Below are positions 11,501 to 37,000 of a stretch of 64,000 bases of DNA, in pieces (position 1 is the stretch's first letter; every line of letters starts with the position of its first letter). The position numbers were made by a program, and so were the translations under genes. The notes beneath the pieces were generated by a model, which saw only the letters and a program-made list of their open reading frames with translations, made no database searches and was not told the DNA's origin. This DNA is from Phoronis australis (lineage: Eukaryota > Animalia > Phoronida). The DNA lies in the NCBI GenBank assembly GCA_002633005.1, contig NMRA01000065.1, positions 355,481 through 419,480 on the forward strand, written 5' to 3'.

Positions 11501-14500
11501 CCGCGGTGTTGAAAGGCTAAAGCACAACGATAATTTTCTTGTCCAGTCAATAGAAACCCCGTTGGAGTAATAAGCTTCCGCATTCAAATCTTTGTAGCGA
11601 TTCTGTTGAAACTTTTATATATGAGCTCGATGACGTTCACGTTCAGCTATGGTAAAAATTGAGAAACTCTCAAGAGTGAGTTTCAATAACAGCTACACCA
11701 ATCAAAACGAATGATTTTTAATTATTCAGCGTAGGCTATGACAAAAACCATCAGTACAGGAGCACGCTGTTTTATTGTTTCCCCAAAACAAATGGTTGTA
11801 AATAATAGCCGGTTACTCATTGATTGGTAAAGTATATAAGTGAGTAAGTCTAAAATGCCGCATACATGAGAATTTAATTTATCTGTCCAAGTGAAACTGG
11901 TCATCTTTAGAAAAAAAAAGAATTGAATATATCGTGACTATTTACTTTCACTCAAGTGTAACAGGAGACCGCTGCAGAGGCAAAACATTGCGAAAATGTT
12001 TCAGTGCAGTATCGTACCTTTGGCCAATTTCATAACACGGGAAATATCAAAGATTGACTTAGAAAACCGGAGTTCACAGTAACTGGCCTTATTGCCTAAG
12101 CTGTTCGTGACACAGACATTACCTTTAACCGGAAACCGGAAACAATACTATTCAATAACCCGAATGGACTAGCCTGCTCGGTTCTATATCAAGAAGGGTT
12201 ACAGTGTGCTAGCATTGCAAACCAAATTTTACACTCTGTAAAAATTGGCACTCTTGGGGCTCATCTAGATTATGAACACAACACATCTGGGCAGTCGGGC
12301 CGCCAAAATGTACTTGAGATTCGACTCAAAAATTAGATATATCATGTACACTTGAGTTGAGTTGAGTTCGTATTATAGCAGGACGGAGAATGTCGAAAAT
12401 ATTTTCGAATTCGTGCGCAAAGCAGACTAAACCGCGGCCCCAGGTAGCGTGAAATTGAAAATTATTCTGAGCGTGGTCAGCGCCGATTTGTCAATTTTCC
12501 AGTTAGAGACTCGAGTAAAGTCTGATGGTCACGAGCCCTGTCATAAGCTACTTTCGTTTAATTGCAATACATGAAACATTGAAATTTATAATGCCAACGG
12601 TTTGCCTATCTATTAGCCTCGTCGTTGCCTATTTCGTGTCTTCCTAGCATGTTTGCACAGATAATTACATTCAGAAGATTTTTCTCCATTAAAAGACAAC
12701 TTATTGATCGCGGCATATCCCATAAAACATTCAACTACGCGTGAACCCGATGAGATTCATCAGCTTCCACGCACCACACCGTTCAATAAAATGGGTTGTT
12801 GAATTCTCAGTAGTGTAGAGTTTGCCTGATCCAGCAAAGAGGCTGCAGTAAAGTTTTTCAGTAAATCATTTATAAACAGGGATAAGGAACAACGTGTTAT
12901 GAGCCACTTAGGCAATTAAACGGAGGCAGTTTTTAAAAGTAGCCAAAGTTAAACTGTGCTGTTCACAGTCGAGTAAGGCTGAGCACTGGTTCAGCCGAGA
13001 AGACCAAGAAGTCAGTAAATACATTAATAACAATATGTATGGCTTCTACAATTAACAGGTCTACATAACACGCACATTTAGTAGGTATCATTTATTCCAC
13101 ACACGCGTTACATTACTCAGTATCCATTTCCACAGCACGACCGATCAAACTGTAGTTGAATCAAAGTAGCTAATCTCTTGATATTAAACTAAAACGAATG
13201 TGATGAACCATGAAAATGACAAATTTTGAAGCCTGTTAAAACCACTTAAGGCAAATACTTGTGTCCGTGTAGATCGGAGTTGCCATCTTCCTCTCATATG
13301 ATTTAAACCCGTGTTCTCATAAAACAGCGTCCGTTTCTCCTTAATGCAATTTTTTAAGACTCGTGGTTCTTTTCTTATCAACCACAAGTCAGTTTTAACC
13401 AACTCAGTTTTTTCTCAATTAAACGCCTTTGAACAGATCGTAATAGCAGCAGCCATGTTCATAAACGAATTTCTTTTCACACGTACCGCAACGTGACAAC
13501 ATTCATAAAGACGGGAGTTTTCCGAAAACAGCCGCCTTCCCCAGCAAAATATTTTTTAAAAATAGGCCATATATTGGTGAGTGTCAAAGAAAAACGAGGC
13601 TTTAAGAGAAACTTATTTGCTATAGATATGTAATATATAATTGTATCAACGGTACACAAGGTCCTTATTCTGTGTCGATGTCGCTGCTGTCGGTTGACCA
13701 CGAATTTCTAAGGGGACCCACAAGATCTCCGATTCAAAGCCATGGTGGTTTCACATAGGCCCCTTTCACCAAATATAAGACCAAGGTACTAGAAAGTTAA
13801 TAAATGCCAGTTTCCGAATATATGCCCACTAGCTTAAAATAATTGTCGCTCCTTTTACAAAGAATTAAATCTTAGTGAACAATCTAAACGTGGGTAGTAC
13901 TCTATGGCCATCTGAGCGCCACGTTCCGCACACAATTTCCATCGCCTCACTTGAGTAGTATTTCCAAAGTGACTGTTTCCTTTTGACGGGATGAAGTATA
14001 CCATTGTGCAGCCACCAGGTTACGGTGAATGTAAAGACACGAGTGAATGTTGTTTTCAAGATGTTCCTCTCAAAAAGTCTTTTGAATGCTTCCGAATGCA
14101 TATGTTACTCAGTCACGTACGGTTTTAATGTAGCGCAATTTCTACATTGTCGATAACTTCTAAATGCTTTCGAAAACCCAACATTAATTTCAGTCGCGTA
14201 TCTATCACAAACTTGTCACAGAACAATTGCTATTAATTATACAAATAAAGTGGACGATTAAACAAATTTCAGGACTGGCTCGTGACGTAAGCAATTTGAG
14301 CGTGGAATAAGCCATCCATGTGCTGGCGGTGAATGCGTGAACATTATTGCCCATCGATCGAGTGGTCCTAGTAAAGACAGGCTGCATATCGATTGGTATG
14401 GTTGTCTATTGATCGAGTTCCACAAGAATTCTACGACAAACACACAACTGGCGAAAGGCATCACTAGAATAGTTGGAAGGTCAGTTCAAGAATTTTTGTT

Positions 14501-15678
14501 CATTTCAGTGATGTCATATTCACCACAGAGTGATGTCACAGTGTATGCAAACCAGAACGGTAGTGTAGTGCGGTTCAATGGTTCATTTTCTCCCGACACA
14601 GCTAGTGCCTTATGATAAATACCAAATCAATAGAGCTAGAATTTAAGCTTGTTCTTTCTGGTTTTAGAGTTGATTTATTCCTACGACATGGCAAAGTGGG
14701 GGAAGAGTTGAGTACTGTTCAAGCCCTAAAAGACATTGTCTTAAAAAAGCATACAGTCATCTTTCGACAACGGAGTTTGATAGCTTGAAACATTAAACGC
14801 TGACCAAATTAAGAATTAAGTGTGCTATTCTCGAGCATAATAACAAGATTAAGATTAGGCCCCATTCTGTTGTATGTTTTATGGGTTCCATTCCCACCTG
14901 GCGATAGCACAGCCCTCTTGCTATGCTACCTCCCATTGATTTCTGATTCCTCTCCCAAGGTGGAACACCTTCAGAGGAGGAGGGGGGATTTGATTCACGA
15001 ATGCTCTGGACCCTCTGTGGTATTTAGTAATTCAACTTATTGCTATGGATAATAATTAACAATCTGATCTTGTGACAAAGTATACACTTTGAGATACATA
15101 CATCCTGGTTAGTCGAGACTGTTAAAGCACAGAGTATTCTTGCAAGTAATACAGTATTCCGTTCTACATGCCACAAAGGGTAATCGCTAAGTTGTAATCA
15201 ATAATTTCTTCTTTAAGAGATATCCGTAGAAAGTCGCTATGAGAACAGTGATAAAATAATTGTTGCGTTTGACATGCTAATAACCAGTTTCTGTGTTTTC
15301 TCATGTCCCTCTAAACGTTCTGTCAACAGTGAGTAATTCCCTAACGTGCATGACAACTGCAAAACTATTACTTACATGATTTTGCTTCTTGTATGAAATT
15401 AGTCAGATGTTGATAAGAATCTGACACTGGGCTAGTTAACACAAAATGCCTACGAACGTGACGTGTGTGGTTCCAGATAGGAATACGCGAACCTAAAGGC
15501 CCAGCGAGAAAGTTTTACAACGCAATATATAACTTGTGCTGAAACTGGTTTGGATGATAGATAAGAAGAGGTGAACAGTTAACCACACATGATCACGCAC
15601 ACTTCATCCTCGTGTCCTTTAAATAGGAGTTAATTTTTTTTGTTTTTTTTTCAGGTTAACGAAAGCTGCCGATTAGAA

Positions 15679-27086
<11,408 letters not shown>

Positions 27087-28054
27087 ACACCGTCATCATA
27101 ACTAAACTCGACGTTGAAAAATTAGGGTATCAGTAGTCGTTGCGGTTTCCACAGAGTAAATACAACAAAAATTTCCTTTTTAAGTTTGCATGAGTACGTT
27201 CTAACGACAACGTATTAACCGAGTGAGGGCCAACCCATTCTTGTCACGGGGATGGAACTCTGCTGTTTCAGGCATGTCACCCGCCAATAGTGTCCCACTA
27301 ACCGTGCCTTCCGATAAGTTATGGATTTGCGTTGTCAGTGTGACCTCAGGGAGCTTCGTGAGTAGACTCGAAATTTCCTAAAGAAACGGAAGAGCGAGAA
27401 AACTGTCTGGCAAATTTTAGATTTACTGGAAAATAGTGACAATTGTAATACATTAGTTGAAATTAAAAAATTTTTGAGTTTCATTTTTAATGAAATGAGC
27501 TTGAAAAAGTAGAACACCTTTACAAATTTCACAACAAATTTTGTGGTATGCGAGAAACATAAAAGAAAAAAATGGTGAGGTGTTAATTCGAGCTAGGTAG
27601 ATCTAAGACTCGACATGGTTCTCATAGGAATGATACGCGAAAATGTAATAGTCGTTTGTCTGTTACCAGTCAAACTGATAATTGTGTCGAGTACATGAAG
27701 TAATTTTGTTGTGATGTAAAATTTGAAAAAATGTAAGTGCCAATAGAATCTTGTAGCGAATAGACTAGTTATAGACAATTCTTGTTTTAGGCCAAAGTAA
27801 TAACAAAAAATAAATAACAAGTGCTTTGGCCCAAATCATTTTTCTGTAAGACTATAGTTGTAGAAATGTTCATCGTAGGACGTATTAGTTTTTTCACTTT
27901 ACTTTATCAGCACGTACAGTGCCATTTAAACACGTGTACATATCTGGAGAAACTTCTCGTAGTCCACTGTGATATCTTACAATCCAATCTCGTTCAATAC
28001 AAAGTTCGTCCATTTCCAAGTGACGTTATCGTATACATTACTACATATGGGCTA

Positions 28055-28288
28055 CATGCGCGTACCCAAGGGGGGCTCAGCCCCCTATTTGGCGAAGTGG
28101 GTAAAAAGGTCCGCCTCAGAGAAACGAGAAGTCCGAGAAAATGAGACAACAAAAGTCCACGAAGAAGGCGCAGACGCACAGTTCACAAGGTGGTTCCCCC
28201 TTCTTTTAGTCATCCCGCTTTTTTGTTGCAAAAGGTCCACTTTGGCAGAAATTCGAGCACCCCATATTAAAGGCTGGGTGCGCGCATG
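28055..28288 (+). mobile_element. About 235-bp MITE (CATGCGCG termini), copy 2
   Basis: TIR CATGCGCGTACCCA / TGGGTGCGCGCATG, flanked by direct repeat GGCTA (28050-28054 and 28289-28293). Confidence 0.8.
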
Positions 28289-29881
28289 GGCTAATGTAAG
28301 TTGTAACGTCGTGAGGAAAATGGCGAATTGCATCGAAAGAGCATGTTCACATCTACGTTAATTTATAAACATAACCAGGTTCATGAAGGACATGGCAGGA
28401 AAATGTCTAGTCTTTCACTTTTCCAGTAGCACAAGTTTTAGTGGCCGTGTTTCTGCGGCTTTGTGCCTCTATTCTGAGGAAGAGACTGAACCACTAGCGA
28501 AGTTTTCTGTAGACAAGCCCAGGGTGTACATTCGAAAACTCTAGTTTTGGAACCGTGAAAGTCAAATAAAATTATATACTCGCAACCGGCCAAATACTAA
28601 AAAGCTAGGTAACCGACGCGCATATTAAAACCAAAAAAGCAAATACGCAATATTGTCGACGCATATGGTTTAAATTTTACTTTAGTATTAAGGTAGAATC
28701 ATCCATATTTCCCCAAATGTACGCCCTGGGCGTGTCTAGGGAATTTTTCCTCATATGTGCCGCCTGAGCCTGTCAGCAGGTTCTCAGGCAGATAAAAATT
28801 ATATGTGTTGGGTAGGCCTATACCACAGATGAAACTTGTAAATATGTGTATTTATAGAAGTACCCTTGTCTAGATCTAGCGAACTAAGACGAGCAGGTAA
28901 AAAACGCAGACAACGAAATAAAGCTAAAATTCCCACTACTTCATAGAGACCAAGGGACGAAAGTGGCGATTAGACCCAGACCGCACAGGTACGATAACAC
29001 AACCGAGAAGCAAACCGCCTTCACTTAGCTTTTTGGGAGGCAGAGTTCCTCAAACACACGTTTACACGCGTGCGCTTCATATAACCCCAAGCGGTCTATT
29101 GTTACAGTAGTCCAATGTGTGGTTATGCAGAGTGATTTAATATTGCATAAGATTGAGTTAAGACTTGCTTGGGATTAGTTTCAATGCATTCGCTGGTTCT
29201 GCACTTAATCTAAGCATTCTATATGCAGATGTGCCCAGCTGAAAAATTAATGCAAAACTTGACACTCAGTTTTGACAGGGAGTCACCGTTGCACAGGAAA
29301 TAAAACAAACGAAGGCATCACTTACTAACTGGAACACAGACGGCTACTCCTCTGAACTTGCAAGCATGAATGCCAAACTAAAGAGGTTAAATATTAGATA
29401 ATAAAACAAACACCCAACTGGGTGTAAAAGTTAGTCATCAAATTTGAAATGCATTTATTTCCCTATCCCTATTTTCTTGAAACTTTGACAACCTCCCAGC
29501 CTTCTTGGGGGACAAAGGTGTCATATGGGCCATATGTCTTGTTAACACAGTAACCAAAATTGTACTCCTGTGTTTAGCACCAGTCATGTGCTGTGATTAG
29601 CGATCTTACTGTAACCGCCATATGTTTCAGTCATTATGAACAACATTTGTCCCCCATGCGTCACCACCCTAGTATCCCCACTAATCTGTGTATTTAAAAG
29701 TATACCAGTGTTGTTTCAATAATATGACCATTACCTTAGGACATTCCGTTTCACAATCTGGCGAGGGTTGATTGGTCTGATCTAATTTTGTAACGGTCAC
29801 AAAAAATCAAGTAGTGAAATAAAGCAAGTAAAGACTTGTTTTTGGATTAATATATCTCTTCAGCCTTATATCATTTTAGAG

Positions 29882-30000
29882 GAGGCAGTGTGGCCTGGTT
29901 GATAAGTGCCCACTTTCTTTACTCGAGGTCGTGGGTTCATCCCACCAGGTCACACTCCTAAACCCTTGAGCCAGGTTTCTAGCTCCTCAGCTCGGTTTTA
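29882..30000 (+). mobile_element. tRNA-derived SINE-like head
   Basis: GGCAGTGTGGCCTGGTTGATAAG (A-box-like), GAGGTCGTGGGTTCATCCC (B-box-like), then CCTTGAGCCAGG. Confidence 0.5.
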
Positions 30001-30770
30001 ATCATATATCAATAAAGCATAAAAATATTTCCAGGTGATCAGTGCAATGGGCCCACATGCGAGGCCTGTGCACCTCTGATAAAACGTGTATCAGACCGCC
30101 TGCAATTACTTTTTTTTATATCATTTTACTTTAAAATTGGTCATGTTTGACATGGGGAACTAGCACTCAACATAACGGTAAAAGCCCCGCATATCACAAT
30201 CGGGGATTTTCCCAGAACAAGAAATAGCATTCTTACGAATTTATCACCACCAGAGACCTGGGAGTAATCTAAAGTCAAATGTGGGATAGCTATCATGTAC
30301 TTGACTATTCACCTTTCAAAAGAACACTAAATTCTCCCAGCAAGACAGAGGCCAATTGTCATCCAGATTCCCCCTGTGGCAAAGAAACCATTGACCTACC
30401 ACCTGAGTTGTTTTTGACACAAAAATGGTGTTCACAGGCACTTCATAACTAATGTAACAAAATAAATGATTTTGGTGAGATGTATTTGTTTGGAAATACT
30501 TTTGTATTACAAAAATACAAAACATACTAGTAAGAACATACGACCCAAAACAAAGAGACCAATTCATTACAAAAACTAATTCCTTCACCTCAACACACTG
30601 CCATTATGGGTAGTCTTGTTCTCCTGGTGACAGCACATTCTTCCCCAGCAGGATCAAGTTTCCCTAGCAGACACACTCATCACTTGCCTCAAGACAGTAC
30701 CTGTATTCCAAACGATCTAACACAGCCATCTATACACACTTCCTTCACTTCCTTACTAAACACTCCCTTA

Positions 30771-30850
30771 GGCCCTCACTTGTCCACTGAGGCTCTCACT
30801 TGTCCACTGAGGGCCCTCACCTGTCCACTGAGGGCCCTCACTTGTCCACT
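30771..30850. repeat. 21-bp tandem repeat, about 4 copies, in the probable CWC25 3' UTR
   Basis: GGCCCTCACTTGTCCACTGAG. Confidence 0.9.
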
Positions 30851-31073
30851 CAATATAAGGCAGTGTATTCCTCCAAACTGTCTAAACCATCTTACCCCAC
30901 AATAGAACACAAGCAAGTCTGCAAACTTAACAGAGACGTGGGACAAAATCTCAACCCTGTTTTATAACCTCGCACAAGGTCCATGGCATGAGGTCTTACA
31001 AACCTCTGGCGAATTCCCACAGTGAAGCACCAGGCTAGCTTCATGACGCCAAACGTCTTTTCCCTAATGCCAT

Positions 31074-34000
31074 TCACTTTCTGGCAAAATTTTTCTCCAA
31101 GTCATTACTAGTCCTCTGAATATTAAACCTGTTTCTCCTGATTCGATCCTCAACTGAGCTGGATTCATTGTGCTTTGCCATCAGAGGACTGAAACACGAG
31201 TCGCATGAAATTATTATGAAACATTATTTCTAAGCAGTTCTGGGTTTGGCTCAGCCACAGTCTAAAATACACAATGCCACAATCAAGAACTTAAAAGCAA
31301 TAATTAGTGCACTTTTTGTTTCTTTTTATTACTGCTGCTACGGTTGTTTGTAGCCTGTTAAATACGTCTGCAAGATGAATAGGTTAGAAAAAATCCTGTC
31401 TTAAAGGAAAATAACTGACAGTGTTTTAACACAATTTTACTCTGCGATATCAGAATTTTGAGGCTTTTCATAATACGGCAGGCTAACACTAAAACATTTA
31501 CACAGTTGTTATGGCAAATAGTGTAGCAATGGAATACTCCACAATGACCATAAAAGTCAATTCTAATTCAATTCAAATATGACTTCTGAAACGACACTAC
31601 ATATAGCACAATAAATTCACGGCTTACTTGAGGAAATCAGCACTCTTGCCCTGCTTCGAGTTTTCATCAATTTCCTTACGGTCTTCTTCAGAGTACCTCT
31701 TCACATTCTCCATTCTTTGCTCATCTCTCTGCACGGCATCCTCCATCATCTCTCGCCGCCGTCTCTCCATCTCTTCAGCACTCAGTTTTCTGCAAAACAA
31801 TACTCTCAATGAGTAGCAGAGAACAAACAAATTTTAGGAAACAAACACTGCACAAAAACAAAATATTCAGTGCTTGGAGGTTCAGGTACAAGATACATTC
31901 ATGACAGGGTAGCCAATTTTCCTCACAAATGTAACAGGTGTTCCTCCTAACAATGGTACATTACTCATAGACCTAACTGTTCTATCAAGGTATCCAATTC
32001 CAGTTGTCACACCAAATTCTTTCCTCACAAACATGCCTCTTTTCTCATGAACCACAATTCCTTTCATGCAAACAGTGACCATCTCAAAAGCTGTATCTGA
32101 ATCTACTCTTCTGACAGCACATTTAATTATGCACGTGTTACGTACAAGAAGTTGTCGAGGAGAAAAGAACTCCAAATTAGAATCTGAGGGAGATTTAGAG
32201 GCAGGAGACAGGCAATCATCACCATGGAGACCTAATTCATATACCATGCTAGTAGCTTCTCGACAGTTCTGAGTGGCAACACTCAGTCGACATTAATATG
32301 GAGGCAGGTCTTGTGAAGGGCAAACATTACAGAGTCTACAGGGACCAGAATGCACCAGTCCATCTTAACATGGGTGAACACTGTAATAATTCAAGACAAA
32401 TGTTGTAAAGTTTCCCGAACCAACTACAAACTTAGCTAAACGTGACTCTCTTTGGTTCACTTAATTTTATTAATGAATAAACCCTTTAAACACACACTCC
32501 AATACTTAAGAAAACAATAATTCAAACAAATTTATGACCTTGATTGAACAATATCAACCACAGAAATAAATCAACATTTCAAAAAGTTAATCCTGACACT
32601 GAAGCAAAATCTCAGTAGATGACCTACTTCTTGGGTGCAGGCCTTTCTCTTTTCACATCCGCTTTCCTGTTTGCTGCTCCTCCAGCTGGCACTCTCTGTT
32701 GACCTACAGGCGACCTTGACCTAGATTTCCTCCTAGGTGGAGCAGTTTTGCCTTTAGGCAGAAGGAGACCATATCCTTTAGACATGTCCCTCTTTAAGCC
32801 ACCACTACTTTGGTCACTATCACTACTGCTAGAACTAGAGTCATGTCTTTGTTTTTTCATAGCTCCACTACTTGTCCTGGCATCGTTTTTATCTAGTTTT
32901 GGATGCAACCGTGTTTCCTCATCCTCTGAACATGATGACCTCTGGTGTTTATTTTTTTTCTGTGAGTCCTGTGACTGATCAGATTTTCTGTCACGTCTGT
33001 CATCATAACTTCCTCCCCGGCCTCTCCTCTGATCACTCCTAAACTGATTGTGTCCCCGGGCCTTCTCAGAGTCACCATCTCTAACCCTTCCCTCGCCATT
33101 CCAATGTCTCTCTCTATCACCACCCTTAAATCTATCAATATCCCTCCGTCTCTCACTACCATCAACTCTTTCCATATCATCACCCCTCTCACGTTCCCTC
33201 CGTCTCTCATCCCCACGACCCCTATCCATATCCCCACCCTTCACACGTTCCCTACCTCTCTCATTATCACGGCTCCTGTTCCTATCCTTATAATCCCTTC
33301 TGTCCTTGTAGCTCCGCCCCTCATCCCTCCCTCTATGCCTATCTTCTTGTTCCCTTGACAACCTCATGTCCATATGTCTCTGTTTTTCTCCTGCCCTCCT
33401 GTCATCTTCAGAATCTGTGTCCCTATTATTATTGCCCTGTCTGTGACCACGCCCACTATCCCACCCCCTAACCCTATCTCCCCTTGATGACCCCTCGTCT
33501 CTCAGCCTCTCCGCACCCCTGGCCATTCTTTCATCCTCTGCAGAGTCTTGTGAGTCTGAATCACTATCAACCTCAGCCAGTTTCTTGAGACTTTTTATAT
33601 CCACCTTTTTATCACCCTTCTCCTTCATTATGGACAAATACTTAAGCAGAACATCATCTTCCCTTTTTGACTTTTTAATCTTCTTTTTCTTTTCCTTTTT
33701 CTCTTTAATCTGAAAGACAGTAGATGGGACGAAAGAGAGCCAAGTTGATAACAAATGACAGTTTTGAATTTCATTATTGAACTGATATGCTTGGATGACA
33801 GTTCTGTACTAAAATGTAAAAAACATGGGATACAAAATCAAACACAAAGTTAGAGTCAGCAAGATGACAACATGCCTTTTTTGACGTCTCATAACCGATT
33901 ATTTAATGTAATGTGGCACAATATTGTTTGCTCAAAATGACATGTCCTACATCCGCAGTCAATGGGAGTAATGTTGTAAAACTTTACACAAAAATTTCTG

Positions 34001-37000
34001 TGCATACGCATCAACTTACCGCCTCTTGGAGTCGCTTCATCTTGACAGGGTTGTTCAGCAGTTTGCGCCTGGCTTCCTCCTCTTTTTTGCTGAAGTTCAA
34101 CAAAGTCATACTTTGGAATATCATACAAGGACAGACCACTCTATATGCAGTAACAAAACCCTTTCTTCTCTTAACATTTGACACAACAAACTAAATACAG
34201 AGACAGATGAAACAGCTACACCATCAGCCATCTTAGGCCAACCAAAACATTAATACTGGGAATTTCTGAAAATAGGCCCATGGGCGGATATTCGGAAAAA
34301 AATCTTAAATTTATAAAACCGAATATATGCCCGGGCGTATTTTCACAAAAGAGGTGTATTTTCAGAAAAGGAGGGCTTATTTTCACAAACTGTGTCATTG
34401 AAACCTTCTTCATTCTGTGCTAATACAGCTAATAACCAACAGTCACCCATGACCTCATTAAATGATAGTCATTTGAGTGAAATCGCGATCCTAAATATTA
34501 TGTCCTCTCAATACAAACAAAATTTTACATCTAAACATATTACATATCAGAACAATTCATCAGGTTTTCAAAACACGCAAACAGTCACCTATGGGTGAAC
34601 TTTTGTAAAATTTTCCAGAAATACACCCATAGGCATAGTTTTGGGTGGGCCTATTTTCGGAAACCCTACTGGCATTTTTCATTAATAATTTTTGTTCAAG
34701 TATTTTGCACATGCCCCTAAGCTTCACTCAAAGATGCATGCACCTATCAGCACTGGCCTAAACAGATGTTTTACTGGGCCTTTCCCCAATTTGAAACAGT
34801 TTTAAACAATTCATAAATTAGAGACAGGTTAAGCATCTCTCACAAGCTACTTTAAGACCTTGCTTCTTGGTTTTGTAGGCATTTCTCACATACAGAACAA
34901 GTCAAAAATATTCAGACACAATGACCTGGAACTCTCAATCAAGACAGATGAACGGAAGCTGAATTCACCATCAGAGTAGTCTCCCCTTGTGACTGAGCAT
35001 GAAGGGGAATTGTCAGGAAAATTAATAAGGTGGTTAAGCCATTATGCAATTACAATTTTGCCCCATAACAGTAATTACCAGTCATTTTTACTGTTAACAG
35101 AATTAGACATCGTGACAGTCAGGTAAACGGTATTTTGTCCGATTACTTTTGTCCCTGTACTGTAGGTGTAACGTGTAAGTACCTTAATCCGGATGTAAGT
35201 AGTTTCATATAGAGACACGTGGACCAAAACTTATCTTCAATTAAAAATAGCACTACGTGCTTTTGGAGTCACCAAGTCATTGATAGTCATGCTTGGTCAA
35301 ACTCCAAGCATCTGCCCACATACCGTATGGCGAACAGTGGGTCTTCCCTCATCTTCACCTCCATGTCTTTCTTAGCATTGCGCACCACAGCATCTTGGTC
35401 AAATAGGGCACCGACACCAGATGGAGCTGTGTACACAGAAACAGCAGTGAAGAGTAGCGTGTGACAATTGTTCAACATCAATGCTTCAGTCAAGAACTTG
35501 CAAAACTCATGATGGTATAAGATACTAAAGGTACGTTAACTGGAGATATAGCAACAACTCAACATTTATAATAAGGTTGTATTAAAGATGTACTTGCATG
35601 CTCCTAACTATGCTAGTGCATAGCAGGAGCTAAACTACAGTGCTATTTGAACAGCATAAATACTAAACAAAGTGCAGTTGTATGCACCAACAACTTGTAA
35701 ATGTGAAAACAAAAAATCTGCACTGATGACGTACCTCGCGAGCACACATAGCCCGCATCATGCAGTGTAATTACCTAGCATCATGTCACGATAGTTACTG
35801 GATACTGATTTGTGGCTGATCATTTTCCGCACAAAACTCGTATTTAAAAACATTTGGCAATTTTCTACCTACTCCGTATTCACATTGTCACTATATGTTG
35901 TGTTTTCAATTAATTTGGCCAAGAAATCACAGAGATAAGGAATTAGCCTGCAAGTTTCACTTGAAGGAACACACACGACTGATGCTAGACTATTTCTACC
36001 ACACCATCACTTTTAGTTATGGAATCAAGAGCCCTGTGCAAGAACTATTGTACATCTTGGATGCAATGTAAGTCTCGTCAGATCTCGCCCAACCACCTGT
36101 TTTCATGTTTTTGGGCAATAGGACATGCAGAGTGTTTCCATGTGGCTTTAAATTGGGAACACCCTAACAATACCGGTAATGCGACATGAAGCGCAATGGG
36201 TACCAGATACACAGTGGAGATATTCTCATAATATACTGAAAACCCACATCAAAGTTTCAGATCAGGAGTTCAAGATACTTTATAATTTTAATATTTACTT
36301 TCTTCAAATTAGAATACAATACGGCTTATTATACTTCTTCCCATAATTAGCAAAAATATTTAAACTAATGTCTGAATTGGTTATAAGTTACTGTTACCAA
36401 ATCAATTGAGAAAAAATTCTAACACACACAAGCCTTCTTGACAAGATGCAAACTTCGCCCATAAAAATGGGACACTGAAAAATCGACCTTAGACTCACTC
36501 ATTTCTTTAGCCAGTAAACTTAAGGCAACTACAGTAAAATCTCTAAACTTAAGGCAACTACAGTAAAATCTCTAAACTTAAGGCAACTACAGTAAAATCT
36601 CATCGATTTTAGAGACAAAATGTAACCAAAATAACAAATTTCTCATTTTCAAGGTCTTCTAACATTATTGTCAATGTCCATAAGTTTTCAAAATTTTGTG
36701 TGATGGTAGATAGTACAACACTTGAACGTGGTAAAGCATTAGCTTGGTGCTATGTACCTTATATAGAAATGAAAAACATAACTTAATCACTGAGCCAAAT
36801 GTGACTACGGAGAAGCTTTTGCAACATACACGCACACACAAAATCACATGTCTCACCAGGTGTCTCCACTTCATCATCCGCCTTATAGTTACTGTCAATC
36901 TTACGTCCAGTCAGGAATTCTTCGCTGTCAGGCTTAGCACTCTTGTACAGCCAGTCTACCTTGGAATCAGCACTAGAGTGAGAGAATAATTGTTTGAATA

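Noticed and set aside
29450-30010. Possible overlap of the MFSD6 and CWC25 3' UTRs
   Set aside because: Too many candidate poly(A) signals on both strands to place either end from sequence alone.
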